A DNA stretch of 64,000 nt, from assembly GCA_964016885.1 (NCBI GenBank), contig OZ024766.1, forward strand, positions 11,160,001 to 11,224,000, written 5' to 3'. Source of the stretch: Eledone cirrhosa. Lineage: Eukaryota. The notes beneath the pieces are model-generated. The model was not told where the DNA came from. It saw only the letters and a program-made list of their open reading frames with translations, and did not search any database. Both the position numbers and the translations under genes were made by a program. This document shows positions 49,699 to 62,877 of this stretch, one piece after another. The first letter of the stretch is position 1. The number at the start of each line of letters is the position of its first letter.

Positions 49699-50939
49699 CT
49701 AAGATGGTTTGGAGAATGAGTCACCAGACGTTTTGGGCTTCAATCTACAAGATGTTCTGGGCTTCGAACCACAAGACGTTCTGGGCTCCGAACCACAAGA
49801 CGTTCTAGGCTTCGATCTACAAAGTGTTCTGGGCTTCAATCTACAACAGGTTTTGGGCTTCGATCCGCAAGATGTTCTGGAGGTTGTGTCGTCATACGAT
49901 TTGGGCTCTGAGTCACCAGGTCTGAAGATTGAGTCAGCTGTCGAACTGAACGTCGAATCACCAGAGGATTTGGGCTTCGAACCACCAGATGAGCTGGGCT
50001 TCGAACCACCAGTCAACTTGGGCTTCTTGACACCAGATCTGAAGGTTGAGTCAGCAGTCGAAATGAACATCGAATCACCAGCGGGTTTGGGCATTGCTCT
50101 ACCAGATGAGCTGGGCTTCGAGTTACCAATCAAATTGGGCTTCTTGACACCAGATCTGGAGGTCGAGTCTGAGATATCAGGCGATTTGAGCTTTAATCGA
50201 CGAGATCTGGGCTTTGAGTCTCCAAATGATAGGAAGATTGAACTACAAGATATGGTCGTCGAATCAACCGAAATTCTGATCGTCTCGTCGCCTTGCTTCT
50301 GGTCGTCGTCGCGTCGCCTTGGCATCTGGTGGTCGTCGCGTCGCCATGGCATCTGGTGGTCGTCGCGTCGCCATGGCATCTGGTGGTCGTCGCGTCGCCA
50401 TGGCATTTGGTGGTCGCCGCGTCGCCATGGCATTTGGTGGTCGCCGCGTCGCCATGGCATCTGGTCGTCGCGTCGCCATGGCATCTCGACGTCGCGTCGC
50501 CATGGCATCTGGTCGTCGGCTCACTTGGACATCTGGTCGCTGAATTAAACAAACTGGAGCTTGCCCTAAAAGATGGGCAGTTTGAGCGAGGATGAGGAGT
50601 TGAGAAGCTGATCGATCTGCCAGAGGCTGGAGGACACCGCTGGCAACAATGGCAGTGACAACAGCTGGTACCACGGGTAGAGGGCACTGCTGTTCGAGGC
50701 GGTGGTGGTGGTGGTTGTGATGGTGGAGGCATTATCGCTGTTCTCATGTTGTGGCGGTCGTCGTCGTCATAATAGTTGCTGAAACTGCTGTTGTGGGTAT
50801 CGTTGTCGGCGTCAAAGTCGCAGTCGTCGCGATAGGTGAGTTGTGGCACTCGGGGTGCCTTGGATTTTAAAAGGGCGTCGAAAGACCAATATAAGACACT
50901 TAGGATGCCGACAATGCCGAGAAAACAAAACATCATCAT
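49699..50939 (-). pseudogene. Intronless orphan gene, frameshifted: N-terminal hydrophobic segment, Pro/Cys-rich region, RCHGDATT repeats, Ser/Lys/Pro-rich repeats (~413 aa if repaired)
   Basis: GC-rich island; ATG at 50939; ORFs 50193-50939 and 49699-50508 join if one base is restored at ~50295 by alignment to the neighbouring repeat units. Confidence 0.55.
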
Positions 50940-51023
50940 GACACCCTCTACAATTTATTAACTAAAAATGCGTATTGTGTGATTAAGCTTCCCTACTCGA
51001 AATTGTTATGCCGGCTACGATTG

Positions 51024-51127
<104 letters not shown>

Positions 51128-51469
51128 GTGTGCGTGTGCGCGTGTGGTGTGTGTTCGTGCGTGTGCGTGTGACGAGTAAAAGTCAGTTTGAAGAAAGTTT
51201 GCAAACAAATTTTTTAAGTAACCAATATATGTTGTGGTGTATAAAGTTATATGTATTGTGTGTTGCGCGTGTATGTATTGTATGTATGTATATGTATTAT
51301 GTATATGTGTATATATATTATATATATATATTTATATATTATGTATTTATATATATAGTATTTATATGCAGTCATATATATATAGAAGATAGCGAATCCA
51401 ATTATTGAAATAACTACAAGAAAAATCACCCTAGTTAACTGCAGTTGAAGTTACACACATACTATTCTA

Positions 51470-52580
51470 GTATATTGATATTATACGCAAGTATATCCAT
51501 GTAAGATATGATACATCAAATAAAATCGTAATTGATAATATATAATACACAGAAATTGAACGAAGACTGTGTTACACTGTCTTATGTAATCAGTAACGTA
51601 ATCCATGATACATTAAAAACAGACGATATTATATATCTGCTAGCATGTGTAGTGTGTATATTGATATTATACGCAAGTATATATACATGTAGATATGATA
51701 CATCAAATAAAATCGTAATTGATAATATATAATACATAGAAATTGAACGAAGACTGTGTTACACTGTCTTATGTAATCAGTAACGTAATCCATGATACAT
51801 TAAAAACAGACGATATTATATATCTGCTAGCATGTGTAGTGTGTATATTGATATTATACGCAAGTATATATACATGTAGATATGATACATCAAATAAAAT
51901 CGTAATTGATAATATATAATATATAATATACATAGAAATTGAACGAAGACTGTGTTACACTGTCTTATGTAATCAGTAACGTAATCCATGATACATTAAA
52001 AACAGACGATATTATATATCTGCTAGCATGTGTAGTGTGTATATTGATATTATACGCAAGTATATATACATGTAGATATGATACATCAAATAAAATCGTA
52101 ATTGATAATATATAATACATAGAAATTGAACGAAGACTGTGTTACACTGTCTTATGTAATCAGTAACGTAATCCATGATACATTAAAAACAGACGATATT
52201 ATATATCTGCTAGCATGTGTAGTGTGTATATTGATATTATACGCAAGTATATATACATGTAGATATGATACATCAAATAAAATCGTAATTGATAATATAT
52301 AATACATAGAAATTGAACGAAGACTGTGTTACACTGTCTTATGTAATCAGTAACGTAATCCATGATACATTAAAAACAGACGATATTATATATCTGCTAG
52401 CATGTGTAGTGTGTATATTGATATTATACGCAAGTATATATACATGTAGATATGATACATCAAATAAAATCGTAATTGACAATATATAATACATAGAAAT
52501 TGAACGAAGACTGTGTTACACTGTCTTATGTAATCAGTAACCTAATCCATGATACATTAAAAAAGATGATATTATATATA
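51470..52580. repeat. 187-bp AT-rich tandem repeat, ~6 copies
   Basis: AGAAATTGAACGAAGAC at 51551, 51738, 51934, 52121, 52308 and 52495. Confidence 0.93.
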
Positions 52581-53502
52581 AACTGCATTAGGAGAAAATT
52601 AGTGACAGAAAATTAATGATTATTTAAGTGATCGCCACCGGAAGTGTTGACATTTGAAAATTTTAAAGTGGTGAATCTTTAAATATGTAATAAAATATAT
52701 TTAATCAACAGCCACGAAATTTAGTAGATAAATTATGTAATATTCATTCATTATTTATTCAAAACGGCCCTTGCCATTCTGAGTTCAAATCCTGCCGAGG
52801 TTAACTTTGCCTTTCATCCTTATGGGGTCGATAAAATAAAGTACCAGTAATGCACTGGGTAATTGCTGGCCTTGTGCCTAAAGTAGAAACAATTATTTAT
52901 TCAAAGTAATCCAACTTATTTTACTAGTGGGATAAAAAAATATATTCTGGACGCAGTCCCGCACTCCTTTCTTGTAGTTTAGATTATGACGTGTGTGCGT
53001 CTGTGTGTGTTCCTGTGTGTGTGTGTTCTTGTGTGTTCTAAAGTCATGGAGTCTAGGATTGATATGTCATATATATATATATAGACGCTAGGATTACCGG
53101 TTTACATAAGAGAAACCCTATAGTTTATGTGAGGTACTGACAAGTGGTAAGCCATATAGACACCAGGATTACTGGTTTACATAAGGCAAATGTAGGGTTA
53201 GAACCCAGGACCTTGTGATTGGAAAGTGAACTTATTGTAGCAACATGACTTATATGGAGTGTATAGCGCGCGCGTGTGTGTGTGTGTGTGTGTGTGTAAT
53301 TCATATTATATAAAATAATTGTTTCTACTTTTGGCACAAGGCCAGCAATTATCCCAGTGTATTACTGGTACTTTATTTTATCGACCCCATAAGGATGAAA
53401 GGCAAAGTTAACCTCGGCGGGATTTGAACTCAGAATGGCAATGGTTTCGGATTTAGACACAAGGCCAACAATTTTTGGGGAAGGGAGAGTCAATTAAATC
53501 GT

Positions 53503-55040
53503 TTGAAATACATGGTTCCTATTTAAATTAAAACCTTCCAACATAATTTTATATAAGAACCTTACATTAAGTTCCTATCTTAGTAATGGAATAATTTTAG
53601 TAAATCCCTCAAAAGTCTTCGTTAATTGAAATACATGGTTCCAGTTTAAACTTAAAACCTTCCAACAATTTTATATAAGAACCTTACATTAAGTTACTGT
53701 CTTAGTAATGGAATAATTTTAGTAAATCCCTCAAAATTCTTCGTTAATTAATTGAAATACATGGTTCCAGTTTAAATTAAAATCTTCCAACATAATTTTA
53801 TATAAGAACCTTACATTAAGTTAGTCTTAGTAATGGAATAATTTTAGTAAATCCCTCAAAATTCTTCGTTAATTAATTGAAATACATGGTTCCAGTTTAA
53901 ATTAAAATCTTCCAACATAATTTTATATAAGAACCTTACATTAAGTTACTGTCTTAGTAATGGAATAATTTTAGTAAATCCCTCAAAATTCTTCGTTAAT
54001 TAATTGAAATACATGGTTCCAGTTTAAATTAAAATCTTCCAACATAATTTTATATAAGAACCTTACATTAAGTTACTGTCTTAGTAATGGAATAATTTTA
54101 GTAAATCCCTCAAAATTCTTCGTTAATTAATTGAAATACATGGTTCCAGTTTAAATTAAAATCTTCCAACATAATTTTATATAAGAACCTTACATTAAGT
54201 TCCTATCTTAGTAATTGTTTCTACGTTTGGCACAAGGCCAGCAAATACCCAGTGCATTACTGGTACTTTATTTTATCGACCCCGTAAGGATGAAAGGCAA
54301 AGTTAACCTCGACGGGATTTGAACTCAGATCGTAAAGGGACGTAACTATGCTGGAAAATAGTAATGAAATAATTTTAGTAAATCCCTCAAAATTCTTCGT
54401 TAATTGAAATACATGGTTCCAGTTTAAATTAAAATCTTCCAACATAATTTTATATAAGAACCTTACATTAAGTTCCTATCTTAGTAATGAAATAATTTTA
54501 GTAAATCCCTCAAAATTCTTCGTTAATTGAAATACATGGTTCCAGTTTAAACTTAAAATCTTCCAACAATTTTATATAAGAACCTTATATTAAGTTACTA
54601 TCTTAGTAATGAAATAATTTTAGTAAATCCCTCAAAATTCTTCGTTAATTAATTGAAATACATGGTTCCAGTTTAAACTTAAAACCTTCCAACATAATTT
54701 TATATAAGAACCTTACATTAAGTTAGTCTTAGTAATGGAATAATTTTAGTAAATACATCAAAAGTCTTCGTTAATTGAAATACATGGTTCCAGTTTAAAC
54801 TTAAAACCTTCCAACATAATTTTATATAAGAACCTTACATTAAGTTAGTCTTAGTAATGGAATAATTTTAGTAAATACCTCAAAAGTCTTCGTTAATTGA
54901 AATACATGGTTCCAGTTTAAACTTAAAACCTTCCAACATAATTTTATATAAGAACCTTACATTAAGTTACTGTCTTAGTAATGAAATAATTTTAGTAAAT
55001 ACCTCAAAATTCTTCGTTAATTAATTGAAATACATGGTTC
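53503..55040. repeat. ~120-124 bp AT-rich tandem repeat (~11 units) interrupted by a SINE B copy at 54213-54358
   Basis: TTGAAATACATGGTTCC recurs throughout. Confidence 0.92.
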
Positions 55041-55069
55041 CTCTCCCAACATAAATTCTTCATTATATA

Positions 55070-55242
55070 CCGTATTTCCCGGCGCCAAAGACGCTACTTT
55101 CCCCCTAAAATAAGTCTCAAAAATCTACCATACATCCAGGAGGCCAAAGGCTGCATTTTTCATTAGTTTTTTTCAAATTTTTTGTTGTCAAATTTAGGGT
55201 GCACCTTAGAGGACGTAGGGTCTTCGGCGCCGGGAAATACGG
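55070..55242. mobile_element. pogo/Tc1-mariner-type MITE, intact; split copy at 41494-41551 + 43628-43746; half copy at ~6509-6613
   Basis: TIRs CCGTATTTCCCGGCGCC.AAGAC / GTCTT.GGCGCCGGGAAATACGG; TA on the left flank. Confidence 0.8.
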
Positions 55243-55381
55243 TCACAAATGGATATTTAAAAAAAAAAATATATATATACAAGCTATAAAAATTGTAGAG
55301 AGGACCCGTTCCGATACTTACCGAAAGTCGGTCTAAACGAAAGTGAAAAGCCGTAACCACTTAGCGACTACACATATATAC

Positions 55382-55421
<40 letters not shown>

Positions 55422-55456
55422 GAGTGGGAGAAAGTAAGTGAGAGGGGGGAGTGAGA

Positions 55457-55533
<77 letters not shown>

Positions 55534-55596
55534 TTCCTGCTACTATACACACGTTTACTTTGTAAGTGGGAACAAGAGGTAAGTTTTGCAATAGTC

Positions 55597-55654
<58 letters not shown>

Positions 55655-55679
55655 TAGATAGATAGATAGATATACACAC

Positions 55680-56023
55680 ACGATATATTAACAAATGGGA
55701 ACTATATTTATAAAACCATATTTATTTCATTATACATATTTCAAGGACACCAAGTTAAAATTATGGTGTGCTTTCATCAGATAAAATATAATATAGAGCA
55801 GTTTTATAAATAAATATTGACATACCCTTAAAGAATGCGACCATGTTGGTTGGAAGCTCCCGGATAGTCTTTTAAGGGTATGTCAATATTTATTTATAAA
55901 ACTGCTCTATATTATATTTTATCTGATGAAAGCACACCATAATTTTAACTTGGTGTCCTTGAAATGTGTATAATGAAATAAATATGGTTTTATAAATATA
56001 GTTTCCATTTGTTAATATATCGT
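55680..56023. mobile_element. Fold-back element with hammerhead motifs (55723-55788 minus; 55915-55980 plus)
   Basis: ~150-bp inverted arms around a ~40-bp spacer; same family as the 39.0-39.3 kb element. Confidence 0.78.
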
Positions 56024-56103
56024 ATTTTTACTCAAATATTTTGTTGAGTGCTTTATATCAGTTATAATATTTGCTTGTTGTATCCCAACAATTTAAATCG
56101 AAC

Positions 56104-56152
<49 letters not shown>

Positions 56153-56720
56153 ATTCATTTTATATATATATATATGTATGGAATTGTGTATAATTTTGAA
56201 ACTATATATATATATATATATATATATATTTCGAGATATCTCTTCTTCAGAGGGAAGTAAAGGGGTTAATCCAGTGTTCTAATTAGCTTGCCAAGTCATA
56301 TATATATATATATATATAGTAATTGTTTCTACTTTAGGCACAAGGCCAGCAATTACCCAGTGCATTACTGGTACTTTATTTTATCGACCCCGTAAGGATG
56401 AAATGCAAAGTCAACCTCGGTGGGATTTGAACAATATATATAGTAATAATAATAAATGTGAAGACTAAAATCCAAAGGGGGCTCGATAAGGATAAATATA
56501 TATCATATAAGAACCGTAGAGCAAATATTTATTAAAATAACAGATTAAAGTTTAAGCAAAGAATCGCTGCTTTCACCCTTAACGGGATCTTCTGATTCTT
56601 TGCTTAAAATTTAATCTGTTATTTTAATAAATATTTGCTCTACGGTTCTTATATATTTGATATATATTTATCCTCATCGAGCCCTCTTTGGATTTTAGTC
56701 TTCAAATTTATTATTATTGT

Positions 56721-56774
<54 letters not shown>

Positions 56775-57060
56775 TTTTATTCATTTCATATGTATATATA
56801 ATTGTTTAATTGTTTCTACTTTTGGCACAAGGCCAGCAATTACCCAGTGCATTACTGGTACTTTATTTTATCGACCTCGTAAGGATGAAAGGCAAAGTTA
56901 ACCTATATAATATATATCAAAATAAATTAACTGAGTCATAAACTCGCGTTGGTTTTCCCTGTACATTGATAAACATTCTCTCTCTCTCTAAGGAAGTCGA
57001 GTAAATTTTGAGATCGTGTGTGTGTGTGTATATATATTATATATATATTATATATATATA

Positions 57061-57266
57061 TATAAGATCAAAAGATGGTTAAATGAGTTCCATGTATTTT
57101 ATTATGCGCATTTCAAAAACAAATATCATCATGCAATAACATTTGTGTTTTCATCAGATAAAATAGGACATGATGAAAACACAAATGTTATTGCATGATG
57201 ATATTTGTTTTTGAAATGCGCATAATAAAATAAATGGAACTCATTTAACCATCTTTTGATCTTATA
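57061..57266. mobile_element. Fold-back element with a hammerhead motif (57095-57165 minus) and a truncated partner arm
   Basis: UAUUUUAU-CUGAUGA-AAACACAAAUG...UAUUUGUUUUU-GAAA-UGCGCA-UA-AUAAAAUA; related to the 10088 copy. Confidence 0.75.
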
Positions 57267-57355
57267 TATTATATATACTCCAGTCCTACAAGCTGTAGAG
57301 TGCTTCTTTTCCGATATCTGCATTGCTTTATTGTACTACAATAAAACTCACCTCC

Positions 57356-57425
<70 letters not shown>

Positions 57426-57956
57426 AACCAGTAAGACCCCGACAGCTGAGCTCAAGCCGTTTCGACGGCTAATTCTGGACTAGTCCAGAATTAGCCGTCG
57501 AAACGGCTTGAGCTCAGCTGTCGGGGTCTTACTGGTTCCTATTACCCACTCTACTACCTCAAGTATTGAGTACTTTGGTGCGTTATGGTCCACCTGGTTC
57601 CTTACCACATTTCCTTCGTTATATATATATATATATATATATAGTTAAAAGAATAGAGGTGTAACACAAGTTATTATATATTGGTAAACGGAATAGAAAA
57701 TGCTGACAAATTGTTCACAGTTGAAAAATGGTTTAATTAGGAATAAAAGAGTATTAGTGATTGTATGGGTTAGTATTCAGTTGTGGTTTTAAGTTTTTAC
57801 CGGTTGCGCATTTCTAAATGCTTTTCAAAAATAATTTTGAGATAGTGTCCGTGCTGTTTGAGCATACAATCACTAATACTCTTTTATTCCTAATTAAACC
57901 ATTTTTCAACTGTGAACAATTTGTCAGCATTTTCTATTCCGTTTACCAATATATAT

Positions 57957-58143
57957 TGGCGGTGATTTGGCAGTATCGGTAGAGGGTCGGACGCCATGCT
58001 TTCCAGCATAGTTACGTCCCTTTACGATCTGAGTTCAAATCCCGTCGAGGTTAACTTTGCCTTTCATCCTTACGGGGTCGATAAAATAAAGTACCAGTAA
58101 TGCACTGGGTAATTGCTGGCCTTGTGCCAAACGTAGAAACAAA
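57957..58143 (+). mobile_element. tRNA-derived SINE family B, full copy; many others (7540-7700, 21648-21970, 44003-45450, 52775-52895, 53317-53440, 54213-54358, 56320-56430)
   Basis: tRNA-like head ending GAGTTCAAATCCC; central GCCTTTCATCCTTACGGGGTCGATAAAATAAAGTACCAG resembles the Meta/Nin-type SINE core (from memory, unverified). Confidence 0.8.
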
Positions 58144-59111
58144 TATATATATATATGTAGGACCCCGACGGCCGAGCTCAAGCCGTTTCGACGGCTAATT
58201 CAGTCCAGAATTAACCGACAAACGGCTTGAGCTCAGCCGTTGGGGTCCTACTCGTTCCTATTACCCACTCTACTTCCTTAAGTATTGAGTACTTTGGTGC
58301 GTTATGGTCCACCTGGTTCCTTACCACATTTCCTTCGTTATATATATACAGGAAAATAGTCAAATAGTCAGGACCCCGACGGCTGGGCTCCAGCCGTTTC
58401 GACAACCACTGGTGGGTTAGATCGGATCTAGTTGTCTAAACGTTGATCGGGTCAACTGGAACACATCGTCGTAACCGACGGAGTACCAGTTAATTATAGT
58501 TACTGTTTACTTAAGTAAATAACTAGTGCGTGTGTTTTTATTGGCAACATGACTCTTCCAGAGTATAACAATGTTTTTCTCTTTTCTGTTTCAGATAACC
58601 AACTTTCACTTCAACATTATATATATCTATCTATCTATATATATTTATACCTCCATGTATATATATTTATATATACACTCGTATATTTACACAACTATAT
58701 AGTTATATATTTCTGTGTATAACATCTATATATATTTATATATACACTCGTATATTTACACAACTATATAGTTATATATTTCTGCGTATAACATCTATAT
58801 ATATATATATAGTAATATATATATATATATATATATATATAATGTAAATAGCTGTATACGCACATAAACCTATATACTCACAAATATAACTATATCTATA
58901 CAAAGACCTATATACGTAAATATAATATATATATATATATATATGTATCTATATATATACGCACACATAATATATATACATCACAATTTATAATTATATG
59001 CAAATATAACTTATATATCTAAATATATATATTATATCGATCTTATTTCGGGATAAATCGTGAGATTTGAACCCTAAACCTTTACCTCTGGACAGAGAAA
59101 TCCCTGTAAAA

Positions 59112-59696
59112 ATGTCGGTGTCCGAAATTTTTAAGGGGTTTTCTGATGTGGCAATTGCTTTATACAACCCCTTATCTGTGGTTTTCCCGGAGTTGGAAGT
59201 GATAGAACCCGTAGTGAAGTCTGTGCTGCCTACCGTGGCCGAGGCAATAGAGCTGTTAGAAAACGCACAGACGCAGAGAAGCGGTCGAGCGCCGTCTGGA
59301 CGCCGCCGGCCGCACAACCCGCCGAGTCGTCACGACGCCCGCCGCAGCCACAATCGCAATCACCAACACAATCGGCGGCAGCACAACGAGCACCGGTCTC
59401 CAGAACGCCACCAGCGAGTCTCCTCACAGCGGCACCACTGCGCCTCGTCGTGCCAGAGTCGTAACCAAAGCCAGAACCCTCCACTCTACTTAACCTACAC
59501 GCAGCCAGTCGTTTCACGTTCTTCCTCCAATTGTTTCCGTGGCGATGAACGTGTCCAAGACGTGCAGTATTTCGACAACGAGCGCTACTACTACGACGAC
59601 GACGATGATGATGATGATGATGATTATTATTATAGCAACGATTATTATTATTTGGAAATCCCCGGACACCGTCATCACCTCCACCACTTCCACTAA
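59112..59696 (+). CDS. Intronless orphan ORF, 194 aa: hydrophobic N-terminus, Arg/His-rich middle, Tyr/Asp-rich and His-rich tail
   Basis: AAAATG start; GC/CpG-rich island in AT-rich DNA; non-repetitive N-terminal half; no family recognised. Confidence 0.55.
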   Translation: MSVSEIFKGFSDVAIALYNPLSVVFPELEVIEPVVKSVLPTVAEAIELLENAQTQRSGRAPSGRRRPHNPPSRHDARRSHNRNHQHNRRQHNEHRSPERHQRVSSQRHHCASSCQSRNQSQNPPLYLTYTQPVVSRSSSNCFRGDERVQDVQYFDNERYYYDDDDDDDDDDYYYSNDYYYLEIPGHRHHLHHFH

Positions 59697-59860
59697 ACCC
59701 CTCCTCATTCACTCTTCTTCTTCTTCTTCTTCTTCTTCTTCTTGAAGTAGGGGGGAGGAGGGGGACTCTACAACTACTGTTGTAGACACAAATCACCACC
59801 ACCACCATCATCGTTTCTTCATGTATATATAATCTCTCTCCCTCTCTCTCTCTTTCTTTC

Positions 59861-59910
<50 letters not shown>

Positions 59911-60144
59911 ATGCATATGTGTATATATATATGTGTGTATATATATATGTGTATGTAATGCATATATGTGTATCTATATGTGTATGTAATGCATATATGT
60001 ATGTGTATATATGTATATATGTAATGCAAATATGTATATATGTAATGCAAATATGTATATATGTAATGCAAATATGTATGTGTGTATATAAGTATATGTA
60101 TTTTTTTATATTTTTTAAAATAATAATTTATATATATTTATATA

Positions 60145-60213
60145 ATTTTGTTTCGTGCAATGGCCATACTCGATAACGAGAGGGGAAGCCATTGTGTGTA
60201 TGTTTTAAATAAT

Positions 60214-60245
<32 letters not shown>

Positions 60246-60517
60246 ATTTTGTTTCGTGCAATGGCCATACTCGATAACGAGGGGGGAAGCCATCGTGTGT
60301 GTGTCCAACCCATCAGTCACCGCCCAGTGGTCTTACATTTTGGTGGCAGTTTTGCTTTCGTAATTCCACCATTTTCGTCCCTGACACCAAAGTGGAGACA
60401 CTCGTTTGCGAAGACAAACTCCCTCTTGTATAAATACTTTTTAGGGGAGGGAGTTTACAGTGGGTTAATTTCATGACAGAATTTATGTAATCTTGGTGTA
60501 AATTGTACTACATCACT

Positions 60518-60596
<79 letters not shown>

Positions 60597-61120
60597 TTAT
60601 TTATTAAAATAAGATTAAAGTTTAAGCAAAGAATCGCTGCTTTCACCCTCTTTGGATTTTAGTCTTCAAGTTTATTATTAGTTTGTGTGTGATATTTTTT
60701 TAAATAATTATATATATATATATATATATTTATATAATTTTGTTTCGTGCAATGGCCATACTCGATAACGAGGGGGGAAGCCATTGTGTGTGTGTGTTTT
60801 AAATAATTATTTATATATATATATATATATATTTATATAATTTTGTTTCGTGCAATGGCCATACTCGATAACGAGGGGGGCAGCCATCGTGTGTGTGTGT
60901 GTGTGTGTCCAAACCATCGGTCACCGCCCAGTGGTCCTACATTTTGGTGGCAGTTTTTCTTTCGTAATTCCACCATTTTCGTCCCTGACACCAAAGTGGA
61001 GACACTCGTTTGCGAAGACAAACTCCCTCTTGTATAAATACTTTTTAGGGGTGGGATTTTACACTGGGTTAATTTCATGACAGAATTTGTGTAATCTTGG
61101 TGTAAATTGTACTACATCAC

Positions 61121-61185
<65 letters not shown>

Positions 61186-61842
61186 CAAGTAAGTCTTACT
61201 TGTTCCTATTACCCACTCTACTACCCTAAGTATTGAGTACTTTGATGCGTTATGGTCCACCTGGTTCCTTTCCACATTTCCTTCGTTATATATATATATA
61301 TATATTTATTTATTTATATATATATTTATTTATTAAAATAACAGATTAAAGTTTAAGCAAAGAATCGCTGCTTTCACCCTCTTTGGATTTTAGTCTTCAA
61401 GTTTATTATTATTATTAGGTTAACTTTGCCTTTCATCCTTACGGGGTCGATAAAATAAAGTACCAGTAATACACTGGGTAATTGCTGGCCTTGTGCCTAA
61501 TGTAGAAATAATTATTATTATTAGTGTGTGATATTTTTTTAAATAATTATATATATATATATATTTATATAATTTTGTTTCGTGCACGGGCCATACTCGA
61601 TAACGAGGGGGGAAGCCATCGTGTGTGTCCTCAACCGATCAGTCACCGCCCAGTCGTCATACATTTTGGTGGCAGTTTTTCTTTCGTAATTCCACCATTT
61701 TCGTCCCTGACACCAAAGTGGAGACACTCGTTTGCGAAGACAAACTCCCTCTTGTATAAATACTTTTTAGGGGTGGGATTTTACACTGGGTTAATTTCAT
61801 GACAGAATTTATGTAATCTTGGTGTAAATTGTACTACATCAC

Positions 61843-61877
<35 letters not shown>

Positions 61878-61900
61878 GGAACAAATAAGACTTACTTGTT

Positions 61901-61934
<34 letters not shown>

Positions 61935-62539
61935 AACAAGACTTACTTGTTCCTATATATATATATATAGGAACAAGTAAGTCTTACTTGTTCCTATTAC
62001 CCACTCTACTACCCTAAGTATTGAGTACTTTGATGTGTTATGGTCCACCTGGTTCCTTTCCACATTTCCTTCGTTATATATATATATATATATTTATTTA
62101 TATATATATTTATTTATATATATATTTATTTATTAAAATAACAGATTAAAGTTTAAGCAAAGAATCGCTGCTTTCACCCTCTTTGGATTTTAGTCTTCAA
62201 GTTTATTATTATTATTAGTGTGTGTGTGTGATATTTTTTTAAATAATGATATATATTTATATAATTTTGTTTCGTGCAATGGCCATACTCGATAACGAGG
62301 GGGGCAGCCATCGTGTGTGTGTGTGTGTGTGTCCAAACCATCGGTCACCGCCCAGTGGTCTTACATTTTGGTGGCAGTTTTTCTTTCGTAATTCCACCAT
62401 TTTCGTCCCTGACACCAAAGTGGAGACACTCGTTTGCGAAGACAAACTCCCTCTTGTATAAATACTTTTTAGGGGTGGGATTTTACACTGGGTTAATTTC
62501 ATGACAGAATTTGTAATCTTGGTGTAAATTGTACTACAT

Positions 62540-62599
<60 letters not shown>

Positions 62600-62845
62600 G
62601 GAACAAGACTTACTTGTTCCTATTACCCACTCTACTACCCTAAGTATTGAGTACTTTGATGCGTTATGGTCCACCTGGTTCCTTACCACATTTCCTTCGT
62701 TATATATATATATATTTATATATATATTTATATATATATATTTATTTATATATATTATTTATTAAAATAACAGATTAAAGTTTAAGCAAAGAATCGCTGC
62801 TTTCACCCTCTTTGGATTTTAGTCTTAAAGTTTATTATTACTATT
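60145..62845. repeat. Local segmental tandem duplication (4 full copies of a ~270-bp core plus flanking TA-inserted element fragments)
   Basis: TTTGTTTCGTGCAATGGCCATACTCGATAACGAGGGGG...GTACTACATCAC cores near 60248, 60842, 61574 and 62266. Confidence 0.85.
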
Positions 62846-62877
62846 ATTATTATTTGTGTGTGTACTTATCTATTTAC

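Noticed and set aside
49709-50548. Plus-strand 279-aa acidic LGFEP-repeat ORF as the real gene
   Set aside because: No ATG start; it is the codon-aligned shadow of the minus-strand ORF, which has an ATG and a hydrophobic leader; not fully excluded without stranded RNA-seq
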